Source: Anthoceros angustus
Taxonomy: Eukaryota > Plantae > Anthocerotophyta
Assembly (NCBI GenBank): GCA_010909165.1
Contig: VJWM01000019.1
Span: forward strand, 1,612,001-1,676,000
Length of the DNA stretch: 64,000 bases
Direction: 5' to 3'
The first letter of the stretch is position 1; each line of letters starts with the position of its first letter. The position numbers and the translations under genes are program-made. Below are positions 36,954 to 48,547 of the stretch, in pieces. Below the pieces are notes generated by a model, which saw only the letters and a list, made by a program, of their open reading frames with translations, had not been told where the DNA came from and did no database searches.

Positions 36954-38824
36954 ATGGTGATGGACTCGCTCTTTGCGGGCCTCCCGCCCCCGTCGGGTCC
37001 GCAGGAAACCCCGGCAGAGCCTTTGGAGTCCTCATCGTCCGTTGTATCCAATGTGACGCATATCGAGCCCGTGCCTGCGGTGAAATCGGCCTTAGCAGCT
37101 TCTGGGAGCAAACGAGGTGCCAAGGATGTGGAGCTAGAAGGTGGTTTCTAGGTCGTCGTCTTCTCTCTGTTCCTGTTATTTTGTCTTGTGTCTGGAGTAA
37201 GAATGGAGAACCTTGGTAATCGCAGGTGAAAAAAGGGTTCGGTTCAGGACCACCGTTGACGCCAGCGCAGAGCAGGTTTTAAGTGCCATGCACAAAATTG
37301 CTGTACATATCAGTAATCCTTCCAAGTTCAACAAGGCTTCAAAGCTGGCTGTGCAACTGCTGGAGGGAGGCAGCGTAACGAGTGAATCAGCGGAGCCTTT
37401 TTTTGGCATTCTGAAGGCGGCCATGGCGCCGCCCTCTCGAGCAACAGAGGCCTCTACCCGGGCAGATTACCTGGCTCTGTTCGAAGCTGTCCAAGAGCAG
37501 CTTGAGGTGAGCTTATGGACTTACTTCCTCTTAATTTCTTACCTGGTTGCCAGTTCCTTTTGCTCGTTCAGAGCGTTTTTCTTTGGTGTCCGTTGTCTGA
37601 CTTGACGTGGATGGTTTCAGTGCTTCAGTGCTTCTCAGCAAGCCCAAGTGGACGTGTGGCTTATCTGGGTACAGGTGGGCAACGATTTGAAAACCGACGA
37701 TTCTTTCGTGGTAATAATCCTATGGCCTCCACTTGTTTATGCACCTGTATTTATTGACTTGTTGCGTGGTCCAGCTCAGTACGTTGTGTTGGTGGGGCTT
37801 GGATGGTGGGTTTGGCTTTGTATCGCCGGTCAAGGATGCATCTCTAACACCTCAGATAGTCTTGTTTGCATCCTAGTCCAGCATGGGACTGAACGACAAT
37901 TATAAGGTGCCATGGCTTCCATGGATGGTCCATTTGGTGAGGGCTTGCTTGACTAGCTCCATCACTGGATTGGCAGCTCGGGGCCAACTTTGTGTGTAAG
38001 TCTGAAGTCCTCTCTGTTTGTAAATGTATTATGGACATATCCACACAGCTCTTTCAGAGTTGGGTGCTGAAAGTGGACTGTTCGTTGGGTGTTTGCCTGT
38101 GGTGTTTTTGCGAAGGAGCCATGCTTCTTCTGATGTCACAGATGTGATGTGTTGCAGTTCTCGAAAGCAGCTGGACGTTTGAGGCAGGCTATTGATGCAC
38201 TCCCAGATGCAACAGAGGAGGACTTGGAGGTCACCAGTGTTCCTGACACGAAGGCACCTCCAACTTGCAGTGATGTAGAAGTTCCAGAGGGGGCCACTGG
38301 GGAAGCTGATCCATTCGGCTTGAATGCTTTTCTGCCAAAACTATCGAAGAAAGAGGAAAGGTTGAAGAGGAAGAAGGATGAAGAAGCTGCAGCAAGGAAG
38401 GCTTCTGAGGATGCCGGAAGACTACTAGGAGAACGCAGGGAAGCGTTACTAGGTTGCTTGAAGGTTGCTGCCGACCGTTACAAATTGCCATGGTAGGACC
38501 TTGACTGCTTGCTTCAGGTGGTTCTGTTTTGCGTAGCAAATGACCCTGACTCCTGTTACTCTTTTCAGGGCTCAAACGATTATCGACATCACAGTAAAGC
38601 ACGCCAATGACAATCTTGTGAAGTTCACATCCTCTCAGAGAGCAATTGTTGAGGCGCTGTGGTCATCTGTCCGTGACCAGCAGACGCGTCGAAGGCAAGG
38701 GAAGGTTGCCTCGGATATAACGCCCTTCGAAAGGCTTCAGGCAAAGTATGCTGTAGAAAAAATCAGCATTCGTAAGGCAGTTGGATCAGGTGGAGGGCGC
38801 TCTGCCGAGCAATGGCTTGGTTGA
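36954..38824 (+). CDS. Conserved uncharacterised green-plant protein, multi-exon
   Basis: MDSLFAGLPPPS...EKRVRFRTTVDASAEQVLSAMHKIAVHISNPSKFNKASKLA...DPFGLNAFL...WAQTIIDI...FERLQAKYAVEKISIRKAVGSGGGRSAEQWLG, with consistent GT-AG introns. Confidence 0.85.
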
Positions 38825-39460
38825 GGTAGGCGTGTACAACAAAATAGACAACTTTCTACAATTGTTTTTGTATAATTAAAAAAAAATGGTTATTCTAGAA
38901 GGATGACTGCTGGAAGTGGAAACTCCAAAATAAGAGGTGCTGCTATCGTCCGACGACACAGACGAACCAGAAGATATCGGCAACGACATGCCATCTCACA
39001 GATCCCTGTGAACCAGGGAGCCATTGCTCTCTCCCAAGATTCTGTAGCGTCTTCATCCAACAAAGGTGCTTGAGTTACAGATGCCGAAGCGCAGTTCAAT
39101 ACGTTTGGCACGGCTAGTTCTATAAGAACAGAAACATGGCTTCGCACAGAAAAGTTTCCAAGCAAATGGAAGACCTCATTGTCATTGCCCAACCCAAATT
39201 ATGTCCTACATCCCTGTGTTGAATGAAGGTCTGCGTTGCTCAATCGCAACAGCAGAGCAGACTTCGCTGTACCGCTCCTGCCAGGACGCTCTTGCCGCGG
39301 TGGATGAGTTGGTCCTAAGGCGTGATGAGGCAAAATGCTCATATTGGAGCTGCTGGATCTGGTGAACTGCGTTCAAAGTCCAAACAACCTAGCCCCAGCT
39401 TGTTCCTCACAGACAAGTGACATGCGCCACGGCATGCTGGCATGGACAATCTAATCTGAT

Positions 39461-39953
39461 TCACAGGAACTTGCGGGGAGGCTTTCCACCTGACTCGTCC
39501 TGCATTCTCTGCAAACAAAACAGACAGCAATTGACGTGTGTCACAGATTTGTTGCTCACTTGCTCCACTCAGCTAAAATCCTGTCAAATACGATACCCTG
39601 ACAATGCAAAAACCCTCGTTTGCCATAGAAGACATCTAATTCCCCAGACATACACCAAACCTAAATCACAAATGCAGAGCCAACGCATCGGATGCAGCGG
39701 TCATGCGACAAGAGGAAGGACAGGCCTGCCTGACACTCACAAACTTCATGTAACAAGAAGAATGAAAGGATTTCCTGACACTTACGAACTCTTTCTTGAT
39801 GGCCTGGTGCACCACCACGGGAACCAGCAGCCCGAAGGTGAAGACAATGGCGAGATTGCGCCGCGTGAAGCGGAAGGTCTTCTCAAGGTTCTCCCTGGAC
39901 GCGGCCCATTCCTCTATGTATCTGTTCTTGTGCACATCCATGCCCCCCGCCAT
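39461..39953 (-). CDS. NDUFB4: Mitochondrial complex I subunit B15 (NDUFB4), exons 39953-39786 and 39508-39461
   Basis: MAGGMDVHKNRYIEEWAASRENLEKTFRFTRRNLAIVFTFGLLVPVVVHQAIKKEF/RMQDESGGKPPRKFL matches the plant B15 subunit pattern. Confidence 0.9.
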
Positions 39954-40489
39954 CGCTGCCTCTGCTGATCTTCACCAGGCAATGTCGCTGCCACTCGTTC
40001 GCTCTCACCTTGCGTAGCCTTTACTCCGTGCTGCGTTCACATTGGTGTAAAACCTAACTTGGAATGGGAAGTAAAATCGGTCGGCGGCGTCAGCGACGTG
40101 GAAAAGGAACACCTGGTGCACGTCAGCCGTATCTCTCGTTTACCCGCCATTTTCGTCGCGATGTCGCTCTAGTCGGCATGCTGCTCTCCTTCTCCTCCTG
40201 AGACCAGCTCGTCGACCTGCGGTTTGGTGAAGTTCTATCCTTGCTGTGAGAATTGAGGCTGCAGCCTGGAGCCTGATGATGTTGGACTGAGCTAGTGGAT
40301 GTCTCTTTGCTGAAGCTGCATCCCGTTATGAGCTAGCTGATTGTTCTGTTGTGAAGTGGTGATTATTTGCGTCGGTCGGCGGTGTGGGTACAAGTTGTTT
40401 GAGGCAATTGCAAGTTGTTTGTGTTGAGGGGACCTGTATTGGTGTGTGTCAGGGGAACGTTCCTGTCGTGGTTCTAGCTGAGGTAATCA

Positions 40490-42919
40490 ATGCCAGAGCT
40501 TCCAGAAGTAGAGGCTGCTCGTCGGGTACTGGAGGAGCATGCCAAGGGGAAATTGATTGTGAGGGCCGTCGTAGCCGAGGATTCTAAGGTTATTACCGGA
40601 GTTGAGCCTCTTCAGCTTCAACAGAGCCTTACAGGAAAGAGAATTCAAAATGTCAATCGCAAAGGCAAGAATATGTGGCTTGAACTAGATGAGCGGCCAT
40701 GGCCCACTTTTCAATTTGGTAAGTCCTTTGAGGTTGCAATGTGCATTGATATCGTTCCGATTCTCGGCAGTAAGTTGTGTGCAGTCTTTATTTGCACCCA
40801 CCACCCAACTTCGCTTGCAGGTATGGCCGGGGCAATCCACGTCAAAGGAGGGCAGACGGTTAAGTACAAGAGGTATTGTTCGTTATTGTTTAGAGGTGAC
40901 ATGCAGGTATGCTTGGAGTTTGAGGACGGCCTTAGAGGTCTTGGGAAGAAGTCTGAGTTTCATTTTTTTCAAATCGGGCTCTGTGGAGCAGGGCTGTTAC
41001 TGCCGACGATGATGAATGGCCTCCAAAGTATTCCAAGGTTCTTGCGGAGGTATGACCGCAAGTTAAGTTTCATGTGTGCCTATTGGCCCCCTGATGCCTG
41101 TGCCGTTGCATTATGTTACTTGGTTCTTGTTTGTTCTGCAGCTGGAGGACGGACAGGAGTTCTCATTTTCTGATGTCCGACGCTTTGCTCGAATTCGGCT
41201 TGTTGAGGACGTGAGAAAAGCAGCTTTTTGCGTACGGAACATTATAAGCAGACATATTTGGTGATGCTAGGCATTGAGCATGTGTCATCATGTCTTCTGT
41301 GCAGCCTAAAACATCTCCTCCCATCTCAGAGCTGGGTCCAGATGCATATTTGGAGCTTCCTAGTGAGGAAGAATTTCTGACGATGTTAAGAGCAAAGAAA
41401 GGTTCTATTAAGGCTTTGCTGCTGGACCAGGTTGGTTGCTAGAGCGTGTTGTGTGGTTGGCTGCTTGGAAATGGACAGCACTCGGTTCTGCACCTGCTAA
41501 TTATCTTCGGATGCTGTGATGATGCTTTGTTGGTGCAGAGTTTTCTGTCCGGCATAGGCAACTGGGTGGCGGATGAAGCCCTCTACCAGGTACTCGTATG
41601 GAAATTTAGTTCAATGTCTTTACTTCGAATGCAAGTCCTAGGGCGCTTAATGGCTGGGTTCAGGCTGTCCTCAGTGTTGAGGTGGTGTGAGTGTGTGTTG
41701 CAGGCCAAAATCCATCCAGAGCAGGTAGCATCAAGTCTTTCAGATGAGCAGAGTTCCATCCTCAGGGATGCCATTAAAAAGGTAGGGAAGGCTCAAGACA
41801 CGTTTCTACTTTGAGCATGAATCTTGTGCTGGTGGATCTTGCTCACGTGTAGCTTGAAGGTCTGATCGTGTAGGTTTTGGAATTGGCGGTACACGTTAAC
41901 GCTGATAGTGCGCAATTTCCCTCTGATTGGATATTCCATAACCGCTGGGGCAAGAAACCTGGCAGTGTCAATGGTGAGAGCCTCCATTGTTCAGCTTTCT
42001 TCTGGACTGTGTGACAGTTAGCCTGCACATTTGCGTGCCAGGTACTTGAAATAGCTATTGAAGCTGGAGCAGACAGCAGCCGGTATCCTGACGACTGGAT
42101 TTTCCACATCCGGGACAAGAAGGCAGCCAAGGCCTCTGGTGAGGATCTAAGGCATGGCCGTTTGTCATTCACAACTTGTGAATAATACATGGCGGAAGCT
42201 GCCAGGGCAAGGGACCGTTGGGTGTCAAGATTGTGGTCAAGCTCCAAGAAAGCGGTTATTGCTTGGAGCTGAGCACATTATTGCAGCTATCCAGAAACTG
42301 ATGGCCTTGATTTTGATGGTTGCTGTGGCAAATCTTCGTCTCATCAGTTCACGTGTTTGCTGCAGGTAAGAAAATCGACTTCATTAAAGTTGGTGGCCGG
42401 GTAAGGTCCATCTGCTAGCTAGGTTCACGATGTTTAGTTTGATTGTATGAGATCTGTTGTTTATCTTTTGCTGCCAATTTTTTGCAGACATCAGCGTATG
42501 TCCCAGAGTTGCAGAAGCTCACTGGACCATTAGAAGTTGAGAAGCCTCCTCGCAAGAGAGCTTCATCCCGAAAAAGCGATGATCAGTCAGAGAGCGAGGA
42601 CAATTCAGGAAAAGCTCAACCAAAAGGGGGCAAGAAAAGAAGGGCCAAGAAAAAGGAGGCAGAGATGGAGTCTTCAGATGAGGACAATGAGGAAGACCAG
42701 GAAGAAGATGAGGAAGACTCGGCTGCCGTGACTGCAGGAACCAGGAAAGGTCGATCAAGGTCTGCCAAGAAGGAAGACACTTCAGACGAGCCATTGAAAA
42801 GGGGCAGGGCTACAAAAGCCAAGCCAATTGCTACTGGGCAGCAGAAGGCACCAGTGACAGAGAAGGTGGGAACTAGAAGTCAATCTGTAGCAGTGTCCAG
42901 AAAGTCCAAGAGGAAATAA
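40490..42919 (+). CDS. FPG: Formamidopyrimidine-DNA glycosylase (plant FPG/MutM) with two mutually exclusive exons (41874-41973 or 42042-42138)
   Basis: N-terminal MPELPEVE, RKGKNMW, FGMAG, DVRRFARI, ISELGPDA, IKALLLDQ, GIGNWVADEALYQAKIHP and GGRTSAYVPELQK, followed by a charged low-complexity tail. Confidence 0.96.
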
Positions 42920-43698
42920 AATGGGATTGAAGGTTAACTTAAGCAGAGTGCTAAAGTTGATCGCCATTTTGTGGGATTGTTTGCATGCTTTGCCTCTCAA
43001 TTATGCTGGCGGCACCTGCATTCTGCAAGCCCCAGTGAGGCCTCCCATGTTTTGCAAGGTCAGTGGAATTGCTGTCTGGTTTTCAAAACTGTGTGTGGTC
43101 ACCAGTCGTAGGTCGCGTATTTTTTCTTGTAAAATTGTTAACAATGTTTTGATATGCAGGAACCCGTGCTTGGAGGTGCAAGAGCCAGTGCCCTGCAGCA
43201 TTCCATGCCTTCGAGATCTGCATCTGTAGTTCGAGGATACAGAACGGCTTGCAATCCGAGAAATACCTCCTCTCCAGTCTGGTCTCGTCAATTCAGCAGT
43301 TTACAAGCGTTGGGTGCCTACGGATATGTTCAGGAGATAAGTCCTGCTGCTGCATTTCCCAACACAACAAGCTGCGTTCAGAGGAGATGGGGAACCTGTT
43401 CCATCCGCGAACTTGAAGAGGAGAGAGTACTCGGCAAAGCCAAACTCCACGTGCATCAGGTCCGTAGCCTAACGGTGGGTTTGCGGGTTTGCATGTCGCT
43501 TCTGAGGAGGCCTGCTTGTCTGGTTTGATCTTCTCAGCAGCAGCTTGGAGACCTTCAAGTAGCACTCCACTTTTTGTAGAGAAATCGCAAGACATGAGAG
43601 TTCAGTTCTCGAACATCGGCAATATTTTTGTTTTTCGGGAATAAAATGTAAGACCCACTTTCGGGGTTTCAGTTAGCAGTTGTTAGTCAGGAAACCTT

Positions 43699-44835
43699 TC
43701 AAGAGCGGGGCTTTGCGGTCCAGCCAAGCTGCTGCCGCAAGATGAAAGCAAGCGAGGCAAGGCCTGCTGCAAGATAAGGAAAGATGGAAACTGCAGCCAC
43801 AAAAGACGCCACTGTGGCCAAAGCCCTTACAGGATGCTCCCTCAACACAATCCCAACCCCTAGCTGTAGGGGCAGCGTAATTAAACCTCCGGCGCAAACC
43901 CCTGCAAAATATCGTTCAGGAGCAATTCCGGCCGCACCAGCCAGGAACGATGTTGGATTGCGAACTCCGAGCGAGAAGCGTTCCACAAATCCGATCAAAT
44001 TGCCGTACCGCTGCACCGAGGCCATCACCTTCTCCACCTGCTCCTTGCTCACGCCAATCTTGTCCCGGATCCTGCCTCCCGACCTGGCCGCCAGCCTGCC
44101 TGCGTAGAACGGCACCATGTCACTGATGCACACTCCCCAGTACACCCAGAGCACCGTGGACGTGATGTAGCCCGCATTCTCCGACAGAGATCTGAGCAGA
44201 GCGTCCCGGGATCCCTCCAGCGCCAGGCTCCGCCCGAGCGCGGTGCCGACCCAGACGTTGAGCGCCTCCTCGCTCACGAAGAGCCCGAATCCGGCAGCCA
44301 TGAGCAAGCAGAAGTAGATCCAGCCTGGAGTGCGCTGTCCGAGGTCCAGCTTCCTGCCGAAGAACTCCCACGTGATATGCACCGGAGCCTGCACCTCCGC
44401 GGCAGCAGTAGCAGCAGCAGCAGGTGCTGCAGAGCCGATTCCCTCCACGCCAGCAAACATCCCCCTGCCTAAGGCCACCATGACCACCAGTCCCGTAGCT
44501 ACCAAAGCCCCGACCAGCAGCCAGAGCCGCGGCCTTCCCCGCCCCGGTTTGCCTCCCCTCTCCTCCTCCTCCTCGTCGCCGCTAGTAGAAGCGCCATAGC
44601 CGTTTTCCGCATCGAGCGCCCCGTCAGATTGGTTCTCGGACCATCTCACCCTCCGCCTGCAGCTGCCAGTAGACGCGGAACGTGAAGGTGGTGCCACAGT
44701 GAGAGATCCCGGCCGCAATCCCGGCAAGCAAATATAGGCGCGCTTGGCTGTCGGCCTGGCCGCTGGAAGCCGCGGCGCAGCGTCATCTGCACAGAAACGT
44801 GAGATGCTGCACGGCGAAGCTCCCGCGAGCGCCAT
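43699..44835 (-). CDS. DedA/VTT (SNARE-associated) family membrane protein, intronless, probable plastid transit peptide
   Basis: MAAGFGLFVSEEALNVWVG, YWGVCISDMVPFYAGR and RYGNLIGFVERFSLGVRNPTSFLAGAAGI form the DedA core. The first ATG is at 44835. Confidence 0.88.
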   Translation of the reverse strand: MALAGASPCSISRFCADDAAPRLPAARPTAKRAYICLPGLRPGSLTVAPPSRSASTGSCRRRVRWSENQSDGALDAENGYGASTSGDEEEEERGGKPGRGRPRLWLLVGALVATGLVVMVALGRGMFAGVEGIGSAAPAAAATAAAEVQAPVHITWEFFGRKLDLGQRTPGWIYFCLLMAAGFGLFVSEEALNVWVGTALGRSLALEGSRDALLRSLSENAGYITSTVLWVYWGVCISDMVPFYAGRLAARSGGRIRDKIGVSKEQVEKVMASVQRYGNLIGFVERFSLGVRNPTSFLAGAAGIAPERYFAGVCAGGLITLPLQLGVGIVLREHPVRALATVASFVAAVSIFPYLAAGLASLAFILRQQLGWTAKPRS

Positions 44836-44947
44836 AGCCGGAAGAGGGAGCTTCGCTTGGTGAACGGCCACACAACAAACATGCCCGGTCGGCACGGTTT
44901 CCGTCCATTCAAATCTAAAACCACACTGGAAGCCGGATTAACGCTGT

Positions 44948-44959
44948 TTTGGCGGGAAA
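44948..44959. promoter_or_regulatory. Overlapping double E2F site in the DedA/HOP2 divergent promoter
   Basis: TTTGGCGGGAAA contains TTTGGCGG (+) and TTTCCCGC (-), ~175 bp upstream of the HOP2 ATG. Confidence 0.6.
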
Positions 44960-45131
44960 TTGCCGCCATTGTTGTGTGACTAGCGGCGTCATGTGCGGTT
45001 TGCGCTCATCGTCGGATGGTGGATTCTGTGGCAAGGAGGAAGGTGATTCAATTTGAGCGAGCTCCTGCAAGAGGCCAAGGCTGAGGAGGCGGCAGGATCC
45101 CTGATGCCTCGGAGTCGGATCTGTTCGGAGG

Positions 45132-46271
45132 ATGGCTGTGGAAGAAGGTGACCTCGTGTGTGTGGCTCTCGCGAAATGAAATGTGATCGTGTCTTATCAC
45201 CAGCTGGTGCTGATTTCTTGTGCTTGTTTGGTCTTCATCAGCTCATGTGCTCGCGTATGTTAACGAGGTACGCATCTGTGCATTCTGAGGGGGTGGTTGA
45301 ATGTCATCTGTTCCACCTGAACTGACACAGTTGCGAATCTTCAAATATTGGCAGCAAAACAGACCGCTCAATTCTCAGAATGTTGCTGATGCTCTTCAAA
45401 AGTACAACCTCAAGAAAGCTGGTATACAGAAGGCACTTGACAATCTTGCAGACAGTGGAAAGATCTCCTTCAAAGAATATGGCAAGCAGAGAATATACCT
45501 TGCCAAGCAAGACCAGTTTGAAATCCCAAATGCGGAGGAACTGGAGCAGATGAAAAAACTGAACGATGCTTTGCAAGAAGAGCTGGCAGCAGAGAAGAAG
45601 GCAGTGACTGAGCTAGAAGCAGGTGTCATGTCTGTGGTACTTCATCGTTTCGCTGGCATGTCCTTTATCCTGTCATACAGCTAAGTTCTCTCAGTTCTTC
45701 TGTGCAGAGATCCGTTCTGTAGAATCGAATATGACGGGGGAGCAGATTGCTGAGAAAATATCCAAGCTCACTGAAAAGGTGAGCGAACCTCTTGGCTGTC
45801 AGCCTCCCTCCCCCCCCCACCCAGCATATGCGAGCTTGATCTTGTGAGACCCTATCTCGAAATGCACTTTTCAGCTCACAGAAACATCCGCACGCAGATA
45901 GCCAGAATGGAGAAGAAGCTGGCCAAACTTAGAGAAGGACCTCCAGCGATAACAGCAGAAGAAAGACAGAAAATACAAGAGGCATACGAGTCCAAGATGG
46001 CCCAATGGAGAAAGAGGAAGCGAATGTTCAAGGATCTCTGGGATATGATTACTGAAACTATGCCAAGGAACCACGCCGAATTCAAGGTTATCTCTTAACA
46101 TTGGACTTCCCCTGTTCATGGAGCGAACATATTTCTCCCGCATCCTGCTCTTACATTGCATTGTCCTGCTTGTGCCTCTGTGGACAGGAAGAGCTAGGTA
46201 TCGAGACGGATGAGGATGCAGGAGTGAGCTTGCAAAATTTCTGCAACATCTCCAAGAAACAAAAACGCTAG
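45132..46271 (+). CDS. HOP2: Homologous-pairing protein 2 (HOP2/AHP2/PSMC3IP), six exons
   Basis: MAVEE/AHVLAYVNE/QNRPLNSQNVADALQKYNLKKAGIQKALDNLADSGKISFKEYGKQRIY...QWRKRKRMFKDLWDMITE...EELGIETDED. Confidence 0.94.
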
Positions 46272-46674
46272 AAGCGAATTGTATGTTTCCCAGTTGTACT
46301 AAACAGCAATAAAAACATAAGTCCCGTCTGCACCGTCTCAGCTGCAGCACAGTAAGGGCAGAGTACGGCAATACCACACAGGAATACCTCAGAAAACAGT
46401 GCAAAACAAAAAAGGAGGGCACAAATGTAGATGTTATTGCACATTGAAGGAAACCGAACAGAACTGAAGAGAACAACGAAGTCCCTAGCATTCCCCAGCT
46501 GAAAACCCTAGCTGGAGCGGTGGCATTTTAATGCACACGCTCCGCTGGTGAGGGAACCAGCCCTGATGAAGGCCTCATACTTTCTACTCAAACATGCCAA
46601 GCTGCGGAAGCAGCTCAACGTGACTCAAGGTACAAAAAGAATGACTGGATGAACTAAGAAGTATTGAAAACCTT

Positions 46675-47118
46675 TTACGCCTCTTGCAGCTTATCCTCAG
46701 CGTGGGTCTCAATCACCAAGTCTGATGTGGGGTAGGCAACGCAGGTCAGGACATAGCCAGCTGCAACCTGGTCGTCATCCAAGAAAGAGCCATCGCTTTG
46801 GTCGACTGAGCCGTTCTCCACGATTCCGGCGCAGGAAGAGCAGGCTCCCGCCCGGCAAGAAGACGGCAGGTCCAATCCAGCTTCTTCGCCGACTTCCAAA
46901 ATGTACTTGTCATCGGGGACTTCGAGGACGTGCGAGCCGGTCGGGGTCTTGAGCGTCACCTTGTACACGGCGGCCTGAATGCGGCTCTGGGAGGCCTTGA
47001 TCCCGAAGAGCGAGCTGGGGGTGGCCGGCTTCAGCGACACCGAGGTCTTGGAGCAGAAGGAGGAGGCCATGGCCGGGGCCACCACCAGGGACGCCATCGC
47101 TGCTGCTGTGGCCGCCAT
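46675..47118 (-). CDS. PETF: Plastid [2Fe-2S] ferredoxin, intronless
   Basis: Ala/Ser-rich transit peptide, then [10 protein letters not shown]...[17 protein letters not shown]...[13 protein letters not shown]...[11 protein letters not shown]. Confidence 0.97.
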   Translation of the reverse strand: MAATAAAMASLVVAPAMASSFCSKTSVSLKPATPSSLFGIKASQSRIQAAVYKVTLKTPTGSHVLEVPDDKYILEVGEEAGLDLPSSCRAGACSSCAGIVENGSVDQSDGSFLDDDQVAAGYVLTCVAYPTSDLVIETHAEDKLQEA

Positions 47119-47254
47119 AGCTGCGCTTCGCGTCCTCGGTGGCCTGCCGGAGCGGGTCGGGGGGCGTGCTGTGCCTTGCGCTGCTGGAGCTGTGAGCGTG
47201 CTGGAAGCGTGAATGCAATGCAAGGGAGAGTCGGAGGCAAAGATTTGAGGGAAA

Positions 47255-47369
47255 TGACGTGCGGCCAGAGTGTGGTAGCCACAGGTCCCCTGCCGGTTCG
47301 GTTTGCCGAGCCAGGCTTATCCTGCTGCACTGGCCTCCCCGTTCCGTTGTGGCCATGAGACGGGATAAG
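47255..47369. promoter_or_regulatory. Light-responsive-type motifs upstream of ferredoxin
   Basis: TGACGTG (47255-47261) and two I-box GATAAG motifs (47316-47321 minus, 47364-47369 plus). Motif match only. Confidence 0.45.
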
Positions 47370-47489
47370 GAACAGGCGGCGAGCAGGCTCGGGGACCGCT
47401 CCGGCCAATCGCCTGCCTTCACCGGACGAGGCTCGGGCCGCTTGAGCACCATAATCCTCAGTAGCCAATGGCCGCCCGCCTGTTGGTTC

Positions 47490-47996
47490 CAAAAGGGCTG
47501 TTGAGGAACCATGTTGAAGGCATGACACGTGCCCTGCTGCTTACGTATAGTGATGAGGATGCATCCGATGCCGAGCGCATGAAAGGGCCGTTGCTCGATC
47601 TCGATGGTGATCCACACACAGGCATACAACCTTGTTCATGATCCTCGTCGAAACGGTGGTCATTTAGGGCTTCTTCGTTTTCTTCTTTCTCTCTTTCACG
47701 TCTTTGGATTGGAACATCGTTCTCCATCTCTTTGCCTTCAAGGTCTGTTTCGATCTTGTGGTTTTCGATGGAGTGAGTTTATCCCTTGTCTTGAAAAACA
47801 AGAACCTGCTGTTTCCTTTTTGTCCTCTTCTTGTATCAGACTGTGAGAAGTTGGGCGGAAATTCACACTTTCAGCTTGCACTAAAGCACGAATCTATCAG
47901 TCCTATGTGAAACACCTCGAGCGAGCCATGGAAGTTTGTGAGCTTGTCAAAGTGCCTCATCCAACGGCCCAGTTCTGCCTTCTCACATGTGTCGCA
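47490..47996. repeat. CCD 3'-flanking block (related copies at ~48135-48530 and ~51070-51510)
   Basis: Shared blocks aggaaccatgtt..catgac, tctttgccttca..ttcgat and tcaaagtgcctcatccaa precede each CCD copy or remnant. Confidence 0.8.
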
Positions 47997-48015
47997 ATGA
48001 GTGGACATACCCGGC

Positions 48016-48383
48016 CAGATTTGTGCTTTACTGCATGCTGAAAGTGCGAATTTCAACCCAACTTCCCACAAACTGATAGAAGAAGAGAAGAAGAGAAAAA
48101 GTGAAAAAGATAAAAAGAGAAAGGAGGTCCTTGTTCATCATACTCCACTGAAACGTCTTAAGGGCTTCTTCAAGCCTTTCTTCTCTTCCTTTAAGTCTTT
48201 GGATCTGGAACCTACAGTAGTTCCGAATCTCTTTGCCTTCATGATCTGTTTCGATTTTGTATTTCTTGATGGAGCGAGTTCATTCCATTGTCTGCAAAAC
48301 AAGGACCTCCTTTCTCTTTTCCTCTTCTTCTATCAGTTTGTGGGAAGAGTCGGACTTTCAGCGTGCAGTAAAGCACAAATCTG
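48016..48383. repeat. Inverted repeat (arms 48016-48135 and 48298-48383)
   Basis: cagatttgtgctttactgca..cttcccacaaactgatagaagaagag..aaagagaaaggaggtccttgtt is the reverse complement of the right arm, apart from indels. Confidence 0.88.
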
Positions 48384-48547
48384 TTAGTCTATGTGAGACA
48401 ACTGTTGCGTTTATCGAGCCAGCCATGGAAGTTGCGCGCATATCAAAGTGCCTCATCCAAGTGACCAGTTATGGCTTCTCACATGTGTGGCAGTATGTGG
48501 TCCATGGTACGAGCTAGTCTGGGTGACTGTACAGGTTGACAGCGCTT

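Noticed and set aside
38890-39192. 100-aa minus-strand ORF after NDUFB4, echoed at 28273-28604
   Set aside because: Non-ATG start and frameshifted in the duplicate; probably 3' UTR or intergenic.
40139-40150. E2F-like TTTACCCGCC upstream of FPG
   Set aside because: Imperfect match to the consensus and not supportable on its own.
43293-43595. 100-aa minus-strand ORF downstream of DedA, partly retained at 27775-27960
   Set aside because: No known motif, and the similarity is explained by the local duplication.
46910-47727. Long overlapping ORFs around ferredoxin and in the CCD flank block
   Set aside because: These are GC-rich shadow frames, and stops differ between the three flank copies.
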